Virus record (IMG/VR): IMGVR_UViG_3300009103_001962
Span: 1 to 31,041 of that record
Length of the DNA stretch: 31,041 bases
Source of the DNA: a virus
Taxonomy: Duplodnaviria; Caudoviricetes
Reading direction: 5' to 3' (one strand)
This document shows, piece after piece, positions 15,928 to 25,422 of the stretch. Below the pieces are notes generated by a model. It saw nothing but the letters and a program-made list of their open reading frames with translations. It made no database searches and had not been told where the DNA came from. A program made the translations under genes and the position numbers. The first letter of the stretch is position 1; each line of letters starts with the position of its first letter.

Positions 15928-16052
15928 TGAAAGGCTTCTTGTCTTTCTTTTGGGTTATGATTCTTACTTTCTTTTATCTTCTTGGGGTTATTTTTTTAAT
16001 TTTTTGTTTTGCATTGAAAGAAATAATTGGTATACTCTTTACAGGAAGGTAA
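15927..16052 (+). CDS. 41-aa hydrophobic membrane peptide, not in ORF track
   Basis: TAATG overlap; MKGFLSFFWVMILTFFYLLGVIFLIFCFALKEIIGILFTGR*. Confidence 0.5.
   Translation: MKGFLSFFWVMILTFFYLLGVIFLIFCFALKEIIGILFTGR
16009..16036 (+). promoter_or_regulatory. Sigma70-type promoter with extended -10
   Basis: TTGCAT-16 nt-TATACT with TGG immediately before the -10. Confidence 0.55.
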
Positions 16053-16058
16053 TCTCCA

Positions 16059-17027
16059 TTGGCTAAAGAAAAAAAAGTATTATCCGCATCAAGAATTAAA
16101 ACTCTTGAAGATTGTTCTTGGAAATATTGGTGCAACTATAATCTAAAGATACCTCAGACTCAAAACGATGGAGCTTGCCGAGGCTTGGTGTGCCACACCA
16201 TCTTTGAGCTTCTTCTTGTTAAGAAGCATGTAAAACATTTTGATTTAATAATTGAGAAAGGCTTCACGAAAGCCAGTAAAGCGGTAGCAAGGCTTATTAA
16301 AACCCTCCTTAAGAAGAGTAGCTGCTACAGCGAAGAAAACTACGAAATGTGCCTAGACATGGTTTATGTTGGTTTGAATTCTGATTTCTTTGGAAAAGGA
16401 GGGGTTGTCGATAAACCAGAAATTCGCTTTTCAATTAAAAACGAAAACCCTGAGTACGAAATAATGGGTTTCATTGATAAGAAGATTAAATATAAAGATA
16501 AAATAAAAATAGTTGACTATAAATCTAGTAAAAGAAAATTCCCCAGTAAAGACCTAGCGTCCAACATACAAGCCATGGCCTACACCCTCGCCGCCAAAAG
16601 GAAATGGCCCAAATCCTCGAAGAACGTGGAGGTAGAGTTCTTATTTCTAAAGTTTCCAAGACAGCCATCTCAACAGATAGTCGTTTCAAAGGAACAACTT
16701 GATGGCTTTGAGCATTATCTTGCTTACATGTATGAAATAATCAACTCTTTTACAGAAAAACAAGCAAAAACCAACTACGCAAAAGACAAAATGGAAACAA
16801 AATTCTTTTGCAAAGCTGGGAAGCACTGGAAATGCCCATACCTAGAACCATTTGACTATTACTCTCTTGAAAACAAAGAAGGTGAAATCCTTAAAGGAGC
16901 ATTCACCAAGCAGGAGCTCGAACCTGCAAAATCTGGTCAAAAAATAGTTAAGAAAAAATACGAGGGGTGTCCAGCGCACCCGCAGGAAAGCACAGATACC
17001 ACGCAAGACCCGTGCGATTGGATTTGA
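16059..17027 (+). CDS. RecB/AddB-family PD-(D/E)XK nuclease with probable Fe-S cysteines
   Basis: LSASRIKTLEDC, GLVCH, GFIDK...IVDYKS, QAMAY motif, C-terminal Cys cluster (FFCK..KCPY..GCPAH). Confidence 0.85.
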   Translation: MAKEKKVLSASRIKTLEDCSWKYWCNYNLKIPQTQNDGACRGLVCHTIFELLLVKKHVKHFDLIIEKGFTKASKAVARLIKTLLKKSSCYSEENYEMCLDMVYVGLNSDFFGKGGVVDKPEIRFSIKNENPEYEIMGFIDKKIKYKDKIKIVDYKSSKRKFPSKDLASNIQAMAYTLAAKRKWPKSSKNVEVEFLFLKFPRQPSQQIVVSKEQLDGFEHYLAYMYEIINSFTEKQAKTNYAKDKMETKFFCKAGKHWKCPYLEPFDYYSLENKEGEILKGAFTKQELEPAKSGQKIVKKKYEGCPAHPQESTDTTQDPCDWI

Positions 17028-17051
17028 CATTGCTAAAAAAGTGTGTATAAT
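17024..17051 (+). promoter_or_regulatory. Consensus sigma70 promoter
   Basis: TTGACA-16 nt-TATAAT; ATG 7 nt downstream (17059); the -35 contains the upstream TGA stop. Confidence 0.8.
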
Positions 17052-17058
17052 TGTTTTC

Positions 17059-17826
17059 ATGGACGGAGTTCTACCTCTTTTTAAATCTCATTACAGCTTG
17101 GGTAGATCAATTTTAACCCTAGAAAATAGCGCAGCAGCACCCGATGAGGCTGATTCAATCTTTGATATCTGTAAGGAAAACGAAATGAACGAGGTTGTCG
17201 TGATTGATCATAATATGAGTGGGTTTTTGCAAGCCTACCAGAACTCAAAGGATTTAGATATAAAACTAATCTTCGGAGTAAGGATGACAGTTTGCAGCGA
17301 CATGAACCAGAAGGACGCAGACTCCCTAAAAACAAACAACAAAATAGTTATCCTACTAAAGAACGAAGAAGGATACAAAAGATTAATAAGGATATTTTCT
17401 CAAGCCTCAAGAGACGGATTCTATTATGAACCGCGCACAGACTATAAAAACCTCAAGAAAGAGTGGAGCAATAAAGATCTCTCTATGGTGATACCGTTTT
17501 ATGATTCATATCTATTCAAGAATACACTTTATAGCAATATCTGTGTTCCCGAATTTGATTTTGCAAAGCTTACGTATTTTATTGAAGATAACGATCTTCC
17601 ATTTGACGATACAGTAAAAGAAAAAGTTATCAATCAAGCAAAGTCAGAAGAGGCAGAAACACAAAGAACCCAAAGCATTTACTATAAACAAAAGAAAGAC
17701 TTTAAGGCATACTTAACTTTTCGCTGTATTAATAACCGCAGTACCCTTGAAAGACCCGAGCTAGACCACATGACCAGTGATGAGTTTTGTGTGGAAAGCT
17801 GGAAGGAAAAAAATAATCATGAATAA
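17059..17826 (+). CDS. Stand-alone PHP domain of DNA polymerase III alpha
   Basis: FKSHYSLGRS, IDHNMSGF, IKLIFG, ILLKNEEGYKRLIRIFS...FYYEPRTD match the DnaE N-terminus; start moved to ATG 17059 from the promoter position. Confidence 0.85.
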   Translation: MDGVLPLFKSHYSLGRSILTLENSAAAPDEADSIFDICKENEMNEVVVIDHNMSGFLQAYQNSKDLDIKLIFGVRMTVCSDMNQKDADSLKTNNKIVILLKNEEGYKRLIRIFSQASRDGFYYEPRTDYKNLKKEWSNKDLSMVIPFYDSYLFKNTLYSNICVPEFDFAKLTYFIEDNDLPFDDTVKEKVINQAKSEEAETQRTQSIYYKQKKDFKAYLTFRCINNRSTLERPELDHMTSDEFCVESWKEKNNHE

Positions 17827-19462
17827 CTACTATAAAATAGGTGAAGAAAAAATCTATATCGAACAAATACATGCCGCCAACAAATTGATAGATGGCGCGC
17901 TAATGGGAGAAAAGAAATCCTTGCTACTCTCCCGAACTCAATCAGGGAAAACAGGGTGTGTGATTGATTTTATTCTAAAAATGCGAAGCTTTAATCCAGA
18001 TATTTTAACCTTATATCTATGCAACAAGCCAGACAAAACTATTAAATCTCAAAATACAGATCGACTTAAAAATGCTTTTAATAATCAATGCGACGGAGAC
18101 GACTTAGTGATTGATATAGATATGATTGAATTCGTGGGTGACTTAAGGGGAAAAATTCTTTCTTTAACGTACACTGATTATACGACCAGCCAACATGCCC
18201 AAAATATTAAAAAACATATACGTCAGCTTATAAAAGCAGGGGGAACCGTAAATCTTGTAATAGATGAAGCTCATTACGCTCTAAAAGGTGAAGGAGCAAT
18301 TGAAGAACTTCTTACACAGCTTGGCGTAGACTTTAGAGACCTCCACACAGAGTGGAATAATCAAAACATTTATGTCACCACAGTAACTGCTTCGCCGATG
18401 CAAGAAATCGTAGACATGATTAACGAAGATCGTGAAAATCCCAAAAGTAATATCATCATTCTCCCACCGGGAGATGGGTACAGAGGGGTGGATGAGATCT
18501 TGAATAACCCACTGTTTACAGATATTTCAAATCAAAGTTATTATACCATGAGCAGTGTAAAGTCAGAGAGCGAGGAAGACGTAACGAATATTTCTATTTC
18601 TCCTTTTCTAGAAACAGAATTAATAAAGATTTCAATCGAAAATGAATTCGGGTACATTCTCCACCGAGAAAACGACCTAAAAAAGATGGAAGTTCTTCAA
18701 GAAGCTTACGAAAAAATTGGAGCGCGAGTTCATAGAGTGGGGTCAACAGGAAGCAAAAAAAACCCCGATATGGACCCTCAAGCTGCGAAAAAACTGCTAG
18801 GTATTAAGCCAAACGATATCGTGGTTCTTCTTCTTGATTTATGTTACAGCGCGGGAGACACATTAAACGATAAGTATGTGATTGCCCACTTCGAAAAGGC
18901 GGGCTCATCAAATGACGAAACCTACTTGCAAAGAATGAGGCTTACGGGTTATAACAAAAACACTAAGTGTAGAATATATGCCTCAGCCGCTTACTTGAAG
19001 AGAATAGCATATTTTTACGAACAAATTGAAAATGCTGCAAATAAACACTGGGCTGAAAGCGTTGTCGCCCTAAGCAGTACTTATAACAATTCAGGAATTG
19101 GTACCGAACAAGAAATGATTTTTAAGTTTGAATGGTCCAAAGACAAAAGAGTTTGCAGGACCGTTAGCAACAACTCAGTCAATGATGTCGCTGGCCAACT
19201 CTGCAGAAACCCCCGACTGTACGGTGGTGTTGGAGGCCTCCATCATGGAAATAGCTGCATTAAGATTGACAAGGCAAACGAAAACTTCAAAATACCCTTT
19301 GAAAATTTAATGCAAAAAATTAAAGACGGAGACTTTGAAGATTGCACGTGGGATGAATTTTGCAAAGGGAAGATATACGTTCACGTGGAAAAATCCGCCG
19401 AACGACAGTTTGGACGCAAGGATGCAAACATTAATAAGAAAGGAATGCTTGCGAAAGTTTAA
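17819..19462 (+). CDS. SF2 helicase-like P-loop NTPase
   Basis: Walker A variant RTQSGKTG, VIDEAH, VTASP, later QRMRLTGY; likely start ATG 17819. Confidence 0.7.
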   Translation: MNNYYKIGEEKIYIEQIHAANKLIDGALMGEKKSLLLSRTQSGKTGCVIDFILKMRSFNPDILTLYLCNKPDKTIKSQNTDRLKNAFNNQCDGDDLVIDIDMIEFVGDLRGKILSLTYTDYTTSQHAQNIKKHIRQLIKAGGTVNLVIDEAHYALKGEGAIEELLTQLGVDFRDLHTEWNNQNIYVTTVTASPMQEIVDMINEDRENPKSNIIILPPGDGYRGVDEILNNPLFTDISNQSYYTMSSVKSESEEDVTNISISPFLETELIKISIENEFGYILHRENDLKKMEVLQEAYEKIGARVHRVGSTGSKKNPDMDPQAAKKLLGIKPNDIVVLLLDLCYSAGDTLNDKYVIAHFEKAGSSNDETYLQRMRLTGYNKNTKCRIYASAAYLKRIAYFYEQIENAANKHWAESVVALSSTYNNSGIGTEQEMIFKFEWSKDKRVCRTVSNNSVNDVAGQLCRNPRLYGGVGGLHHGNSCIKIDKANENFKIPFENLMQKIKDGDFEDCTWDEFCKGKIYVHVEKSAERQFGRKDANINKKGMLAKV

Positions 19463-19928
19463 AATATCCGAAGAAGCTCTTAAAAAGGCGAAAGCCAGAG
19501 CGGAGGCGCTACCTCTTCTTAATAATTCTATAAGGAAAGGGAGGGGCGCAGTCGTAGCCTACATTGGTGAAGCGGTCGTTAAAAGAGTTTTAAACGGCGA
19601 GATAGAGGACACATATGATTACGATGTAATGTACGGAGACAGCATTAAAGTTGACGTAAAAACGAAAGAAAGAACAGTGCCTCCAAGAGAAAATTATAAT
19701 TGCACCGTAGCAGACTTTAACACCAAGCAAAAATGTGACGAGTACGCTTTTGTGAGCGTGTTAAACGATCACTCCGCAGCATGGTACTTGGGTAAAATAA
19801 GCAAGAAGGATTTTTATGAAGAAGCAAAGTTCTATAAAGAAGGAGAGCTAGACCCAGACTCCCCACCGAGTACAGATTTTTATTTTAAAGCTGACTGCTA
19901 TAACATACCAATCTCAAAACTAAAATAA
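19449..19928 (+). CDS. Restriction-endonuclease-fold (PD-(D/E)XK) phage-type protein
   Basis: YIGE...YDYDV...KVDVKTK pattern; start uncertain (TTG 19449 after AAGGA, or further upstream). Confidence 0.6.
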   Translation: MRKFKISEEALKKAKARAEALPLLNNSIRKGRGAVVAYIGEAVVKRVLNGEIEDTYDYDVMYGDSIKVDVKTKERTVPPRENYNCTVADFNTKQKCDEYAFVSVLNDHSAAWYLGKISKKDFYEEAKFYKEGELDPDSPPSTDFYFKADCYNIPISKLK

Positions 19929-19929
19929 T

Positions 19930-20568
19930 ATGGACGAAGATTTTTTAAGATTTGACAAAGAGAAAGAATACGTTTTCATAGATTGTGAAACCCTCAATCT
20001 CTGCCTTAACTCCTGCCACAATCTACCTTGGCAGATAGCTATGATTAAAGCGACGGGTAATAAAAAAATTGCTGAAAAAAATTACTACATCAAGTGGGAT
20101 ACGAACCTAGAAATCAGCCCAGAGGCAGCAAGAATAACAAGGTTCAGTCCTAAGACAATGGAAGAAAAAGGAATATCCCCAGAAGAAGCATTTCCCACTA
20201 TAGAAGACTGGCTAGACAATGCTGACTATGTTGTAGGACATAATATACTTGGTTTTGATCTTTATTTAATTAAAGATTATTATAAATACATGGGCAAGTC
20301 CTACAGACACTTGGTCAGTAAAATCATCGACACAAACTGCATGGCAAAGGGCGTAAAATATGGAATGCATTACAAAAATACCGACAACCTATCTCAATAC
20401 CAATACAAAATGTATCATGAAAGAAGAAAGGGAATCAAAACAAATCTTGCTGCGCTGGGTAGGGAGTTTGAAATCAGCCACAACCCTGACAAACTTCATG
20501 ATGCTTTGGTTGATCTAGAGTTGAACTTAAAGGTATGGAATAAATTAAAATGGCAGATAGAACTATGA
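19930..20568 (+). CDS. DEDDh 3'-5' exonuclease (DnaQ/epsilon-like)
   Basis: ExoI IDCET, ExoII GHNILGFD, ExoIII HDALVD; ATGA-coupled to the polymerase core. Confidence 0.9.
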   Translation: MDEDFLRFDKEKEYVFIDCETLNLCLNSCHNLPWQIAMIKATGNKKIAEKNYYIKWDTNLEISPEAARITRFSPKTMEEKGISPEEAFPTIEDWLDNADYVVGHNILGFDLYLIKDYYKYMGKSYRHLVSKIIDTNCMAKGVKYGMHYKNTDNLSQYQYKMYHERRKGIKTNLAALGREFEISHNPDKLHDALVDLELNLKVWNKLKWQIEL

Positions 20569-23120
20569 GTATATTTTCGTCACAATTTAAAGAATTAGAT
20601 ATACCTCTTCACGGGGTACGACTTCCCTCTTTCGAAATTGATATCAAATATAAAAGAGCCCTTGGGGTAAGTGAGGATATTAGTAATGAAGATTTCCTAG
20701 AGGCGCTATGCGAAGATGGTAGAAAAAAAATATGGAGCAGTGTTCATAAAAAGCACAAATCAGAGTACGCGCAAAGACTGGAACACGAACTTAAAACCAT
20801 CAAAGATCTTGGTTTTATAGATTACCTTCTTCTTGTTTGGGATGTAGTCAATTTTTGCAAAGAGAGCGATATCCCCACGGGACTAGGACGTGGTAGCGCT
20901 GCGGGTAGTTTGGTTTTGTATCTTATAGGCGTAACTAAAGTAGACCCATTGGAACATGGGTTATTCTTTGAAAGATTTATATCTAAAATTAGAACTAAAA
21001 AAAGTGTGGTAGACGATATCACGTACTTGGATGGATCGTTAATGATGGATGTTGATCTAGACATTTGTTATTATAATCGCCAAAGAGTGATAGAATATCT
21101 AGAAACAAAATTCATTGGCAAAACTTCAAAGATTATTACCCTAAATACCCTAAGCGGAAAGCTGTGTATTAAAGAGTGCGGAAAGGTTGCAGGGAGCAAA
21201 ACCGAGCAAGAGATGAACAAGATATCTGCGCTCATCCCCAAGCTCTTTGGCCAAATAAAAGACCTAAAGGAAGCATACGCAGAGCAAGAAGAATTCAAAA
21301 TTTGGTGTGATGAAAATGAAGAGTGTTATAATATAGCACTAAAATTAAAGGGCCTTATAAAGAACAAGGGCGTCCATCCGTCTGCAATTTCGCTTTCGTA
21401 CGAAAAGCTTAACGATAGCTGCCCGACGGAACTAACCTCTGATAAAAAAAGTCACGTCGCTTCATACGACATGAACTGGATTTCAATTTTTAACGTCAAG
21501 CTTGACATACTTGGGCTTCGAGCGGTGTCTGTAGTGGATGATGTATGTAAAAGTGTTGGCATTAATGTAACTGATGTTGACCTAAAAGACAAACTTATCT
21601 ACGATAACCTACAGCACCTTAGAACACCCCACGGACTATTTCAAATTGAAGCAGAGACTAATTTTCGTGTTTGTCAAAAGGTTAAGCCTAAAAACTTGGA
21701 AGAACTAAGCGCGGTGTTAGCCTTGGCTCGTCCCGGCGCGCTTAATTTTGCAGATCAATATGCAGCTTACGTAGCAGATGGAACCTACGACCCTATTCAT
21801 CCGTTCTTTGACGACATTTTGACATCAACAGGGGGCGTAGCCTTATACCAAGAGCAGTTAATGAAAATGGCTAACAAGATTGGCTTTACGCTTGATGAGG
21901 CGGAGATTCTAAGGCGCATCGTGGGCAAGAAAAAGGTGAAAGAAGTTCGTAAGTGGAAAAGGAAAATCAAAAATAAAATTAAAGAAAACAATCTTGAGCC
22001 AGAAATTGGCGATATTCTATGGAGTGTTCTGGAGGACTCAGCGAATTACTCCTTTAATAAATCTCACTCAATTTCATACGCTGCTTTGGCTGCGACAACT
22101 ATTTATCTTAAATTTAAGTACCCGCAACAATTTTTCTTAAGCCTACTTAAAATGACCAGACATGAACCAGACCCAATCAGTGAAATTTCTAAGATCCAAA
22201 GAGAAATGTATTACTTTGGCATAAAACTTCTTCCGCCACATATCATTAAATCTGACATGGACTTTAAGGTGGAGGAAGACGATATTAGATTTGGACTACT
22301 TTCGATTAAGGGTATCTCAGATAGATCAATTGAAAAACTAGCAAACTTTAAGAACAATTACTCAAATAAATTTGAAGTTTTTGAAGGAGCTAAGGAATCT
22401 GGCTTAACTATTGGGATTCTATCTGCGCTAATTCAAGCAGGAACCTTTGAGGGCTTTACTATGTCTCGTAGCAAAATTGTCTACGAGGCTCAACTCTGGA
22501 ATATCCTAACTAAGAAAGAAAAAAAATCAGCAATGATGTTATCAGAGTCGAGCGATTATGATTTGGTTGAAATTGTTAAACAAATATCTAAGAAAAAAGA
22601 CGAAAAAGGTAAACCACTAATCAAGGATACGCGCCTCAATACTATCAAAACAAAATCCGAACCATACAAACAAATTTATTTTAAAAATAAATATTCAGAA
22701 ACATTTGCAAACTGGTATTACGAAAAGCATTTGCTTGGTTATACCTACAATAAAAATTTAAGAGATATTTTTTCAGATAAAAAAGATGATTTAATTTCTC
22801 TAAGAGACGTTGAAGATTCCGAGGTTAATGACAGAGTATCCTTTATAGGCACGGTAGATGCGAAGCCTTACATGGGCACCTCTAGAAATGGTAACGATTA
22901 TATGAGAATGTTTGTGGAGGACGAAACGGGAAGTTCCAAGGTGATGATATTCTCTCGCAAACTTGAAGAATGTGTCACCCAAAATAACGGTACCACCCCA
23001 GAAGAAAATAACATTGTTATAGTAAACGGAGTAAAAAAAGATGAAGTTGTATTTGCTGACAGAATAGCAGTGCAAACCAATAAAATTTACACAAAACTAT
23101 CGGAATTAAAAAATGATTGA
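20565..23120 (+). CDS. dnaE: DNA polymerase III alpha catalytic core lacking the PHP domain
   Basis: GRGSAAGSLV, FERFI, DVDLD, GVHPSA, KLDILGL, LARPG, YQEQLM, YSFNKSHS, IRFGL, C-terminal OB-like region. Confidence 0.95.
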   Translation: MSIFSSQFKELDIPLHGVRLPSFEIDIKYKRALGVSEDISNEDFLEALCEDGRKKIWSSVHKKHKSEYAQRLEHELKTIKDLGFIDYLLLVWDVVNFCKESDIPTGLGRGSAAGSLVLYLIGVTKVDPLEHGLFFERFISKIRTKKSVVDDITYLDGSLMMDVDLDICYYNRQRVIEYLETKFIGKTSKIITLNTLSGKLCIKECGKVAGSKTEQEMNKISALIPKLFGQIKDLKEAYAEQEEFKIWCDENEECYNIALKLKGLIKNKGVHPSAISLSYEKLNDSCPTELTSDKKSHVASYDMNWISIFNVKLDILGLRAVSVVDDVCKSVGINVTDVDLKDKLIYDNLQHLRTPHGLFQIEAETNFRVCQKVKPKNLEELSAVLALARPGALNFADQYAAYVADGTYDPIHPFFDDILTSTGGVALYQEQLMKMANKIGFTLDEAEILRRIVGKKKVKEVRKWKRKIKNKIKENNLEPEIGDILWSVLEDSANYSFNKSHSISYAALAATTIYLKFKYPQQFFLSLLKMTRHEPDPISEISKIQREMYYFGIKLLPPHIIKSDMDFKVEEDDIRFGLLSIKGISDRSIEKLANFKNNYSNKFEVFEGAKESGLTIGILSALIQAGTFEGFTMSRSKIVYEAQLWNILTKKEKKSAMMLSESSDYDLVEIVKQISKKKDEKGKPLIKDTRLNTIKTKSEPYKQIYFKNKYSETFANWYYEKHLLGYTYNKNLRDIFSDKKDDLISLRDVEDSEVNDRVSFIGTVDAKPYMGTSRNGNDYMRMFVEDETGSSKVMIFSRKLEECVTQNNGTTPEENNIVIVNGVKKDEVVFADRIAVQTNKIYTKLSELKND

Positions 23121-23144
23121 CAAACCTAAAAAACCCTTTATACT
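23117..23144 (+). promoter_or_regulatory. Sigma70-type promoter, leaderless transcript
   Basis: TTGACA-16 nt-TATACT, ATG 6 nt later (23151); the -35 contains the dnaE TGA. Confidence 0.8.
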
Positions 23145-23150
23145 CATAAT

Positions 23151-23717
23151 ATGATACACTTCTATAAACCAACAGCGAAAGTGACAGGCACGGCTTGTTC
23201 GTTTTATCTGAATAAGAAAGACAACGCCTTCTTCAGCACGCTTATCAAACAAGCGAGCTGGGATAGCAACAGAAAAATTGGTTCCTTTAAAAGTAATAAA
23301 GATAACCCAAGCAAAAGAGTAAACATAAAATTTAGTGCGCTAGAAATTTCGTCAATCATAGATTCAATTAAGCGTAATCAAAAATTCACTGGTTACCACG
23401 GGAGCAACCAGATTGTTAGATTTACCTTCGGTCCTTACGTCAGAAAAGGTGAGCAAGAACAAAGAGGTTTTTCTTTTAGCGTGACAAAGGAAAATAAAGA
23501 AGATTCAACAGAAAAATCTAGTTATTTAATTGGGTTTAATTTTGGAGAAGCAGAACTACTTGTTCAACACCTTTCCTATCTTCTTACAGAAAGCTTTAAG
23601 CTTACGGATTCTTTAATGGAAAAATCTTTTCAAAAAAATGTTTCTCAAACTAGCGCGCCTGACCGTAGTCCGGTGGAGCACAGTGAGTTGAGCGACGAAG
23701 AAGATGACCTCTGGTAG
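23151..23717 (+). CDS. Hypothetical protein, possible ssDNA-binding protein
   Basis: Aromatic/basic beta-rich body, acidic tail DEEDDLW, position after dnaE; function is inference only. Confidence 0.6.
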   Translation: MIHFYKPTAKVTGTACSFYLNKKDNAFFSTLIKQASWDSNRKIGSFKSNKDNPSKRVNIKFSALEISSIIDSIKRNQKFTGYHGSNQIVRFTFGPYVRKGEQEQRGFSFSVTKENKEDSTEKSSYLIGFNFGEAELLVQHLSYLLTESFKLTDSLMEKSFQKNVSQTSAPDRSPVEHSELSDEEDDLW

Positions 23718-25422
23718 AAAAAAAATATTATTCCAAACTGATTTTAGTTTGGCTAAAACTGGCTTTGGCAGAACCGCTAAAGCCATTTTAACTTATTTAT
23801 ATAACTTAGATAAGTATGAAATTGTCCATCTTTGCTGTGGCAAAAGACAAGAATCCCAAGACCTACAAAAAACTCCATGGAAATCCATAGGAACCATTCC
23901 GATCACACCCCTTGAAGTAAACAAAGCCTTCGAAGACGAAGACGGAAAACAAAAAGCTTTTTATGGAGAATACAATCTAGACAAAGTGATACGTGAAGAA
24001 AAGCCTGATATATATATAGGAATACAAGACATATGGGGCCTTGCTCACGCCATAGATAAACCTTGGTTCAAAGAAATTACTTCAACAATTTGGTCAACTT
24101 TAGATTCGTTACCAATTCTTCCATTGGCGATAAAATCCGCGGAAAAATGTAAAAATTTTTGGACTTGGTCTGAGTTTGCTACGGAAGAATTAAACAGGAT
24201 GGGTCACGAACATGTTAAAACCGTTCACGGCCCAATAGAAGATAAATTTTTTTACAGATTACTTGATCACGATAAAATTATTTTACGAGACGAAAAAAAT
24301 ATCAGCGAAGATGCGTTTGTCATAGGGTTTGTTTTTAGAAATCAGCTCAGAAAATCAGTACCAAATCTACTAGAAGGATACGCAAAATGGAAAGAAAAAT
24401 ACAGGCCTGAAAAAGAAACCAAGCTACTCTTACACACCGCATACACAGATGGCTGGGACATAAACAGGCTCGCCATGGAAGCGGGTGTTGACAACTCAGA
24501 AATCGTGACAACTTACGTGTGTAAAAAATGCGATAACTATACTATAAAAACATTCTCTAAAGAAGGAATCCCCTGCGAAGTTTGCGGTGAACAAGAATCG
24601 TGCTTTACTCCTACTCCTGATAACGGTGTCTCAGAAGAGCAGCTAAACGAGATCTATAACCTAATGGACGTCTACTGTCACCCTTTTACCTCCGGAGGGC
24701 AAGAGATACCAATTCAAGAAGCCAAGCTTACAGAGCTAATAACGCTTGTTACAAACTATAGCTGTGGAGAAGAAATGTGTGTGCCAGAAGCGTGCTCACT
24801 TCCCCTTAGTTGGACTGAATATAGAGAACATAAAACTGAGTTTAGGAAAGCATCAACTTGCTCAGAATCAATTTCTGAAGCACTTAATACAGTCTTCTGC
24901 ATGAGCGAAGAAGAAAAAAAGAGCATGGGAGAAAAAGCAAGAGAGTGGGCTCTTAAGAATTACTCTTCTAAAAATCTTTGTGAATTCATACAAAAGTTTA
25001 TAGATTCTGCGCCCTTTACTAAATATGAATTCCCCGAAAAAGACAACGCTCATCTGCCTAAAATTTCTGACGTCCTCTCTCCAAGCGATGAAGGTAAAAG
25101 AATTTTATATGTTATACCCAAGGGTGAGCGCGACGTCTTTAATTCAACAAGTCTCTTTAGATCAATAAAGGAACTATACCCAGACTACAATTTATACGTT
25201 GCTACAAACGAAAAATATTTTCCAATTTTAGATGGGAACCCATACGTCTATAAGGTTATAGAATATTCTCAGCAAATGGATAATATATTTTGGCTAGAAG
25301 GACGAGGTTCTCACAGGGGGTTTTTTGAAATAGCCTTTATTCCTTACATTAATACACAACAAATCATCACTTTTACACACAACGGTAAAGATAAAATTGC
25401 TTATAAGGATTTAGCATACTAA
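23704..25422 (+). CDS. GT4-like glycosyltransferase with Zn-finger insert and GT9-like C-terminal extension
   Basis: TGFGR, RNQLRK, LNEIYNLMDVYCHPFTSGGQEIPIQEAK; CKKC..CEVC insert; C-terminal DVFNSTSLFRSIKELYPDY...LDGNPYV. Confidence 0.8.
   Translation: MTSGRKKILFQTDFSLAKTGFGRTAKAILTYLYNLDKYEIVHLCCGKRQESQDLQKTPWKSIGTIPITPLEVNKAFEDEDGKQKAFYGEYNLDKVIREEKPDIYIGIQDIWGLAHAIDKPWFKEITSTIWSTLDSLPILPLAIKSAEKCKNFWTWSEFATEELNRMGHEHVKTVHGPIEDKFFYRLLDHDKIILRDEKNISEDAFVIGFVFRNQLRKSVPNLLEGYAKWKEKYRPEKETKLLLHTAYTDGWDINRLAMEAGVDNSEIVTTYVCKKCDNYTIKTFSKEGIPCEVCGEQESCFTPTPDNGVSEEQLNEIYNLMDVYCHPFTSGGQEIPIQEAKLTELITLVTNYSCGEEMCVPEACSLPLSWTEYREHKTEFRKASTCSESISEALNTVFCMSEEEKKSMGEKAREWALKNYSSKNLCEFIQKFIDSAPFTKYEFPEKDNAHLPKISDVLSPSDEGKRILYVIPKGERDVFNSTSLFRSIKELYPDYNLYVATNEKYFPILDGNPYVYKVIEYSQQMDNIFWLEGRGSHRGFFEIAFIPYINTQQIITFTHNGKDKIAYKDLAY

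Noticed and set aside
16059-17027. Cas4 / CRISPR-Cas assignment
   Set aside because: No cas genes or array in the window; RecB-family nucleases are common in phage replication clusters.
17041-17058. GTG start given by the ORF track for the PHP gene
   Set aside because: It lies within the promoter, upstream of the -10 box; ATG 17059 fits better.
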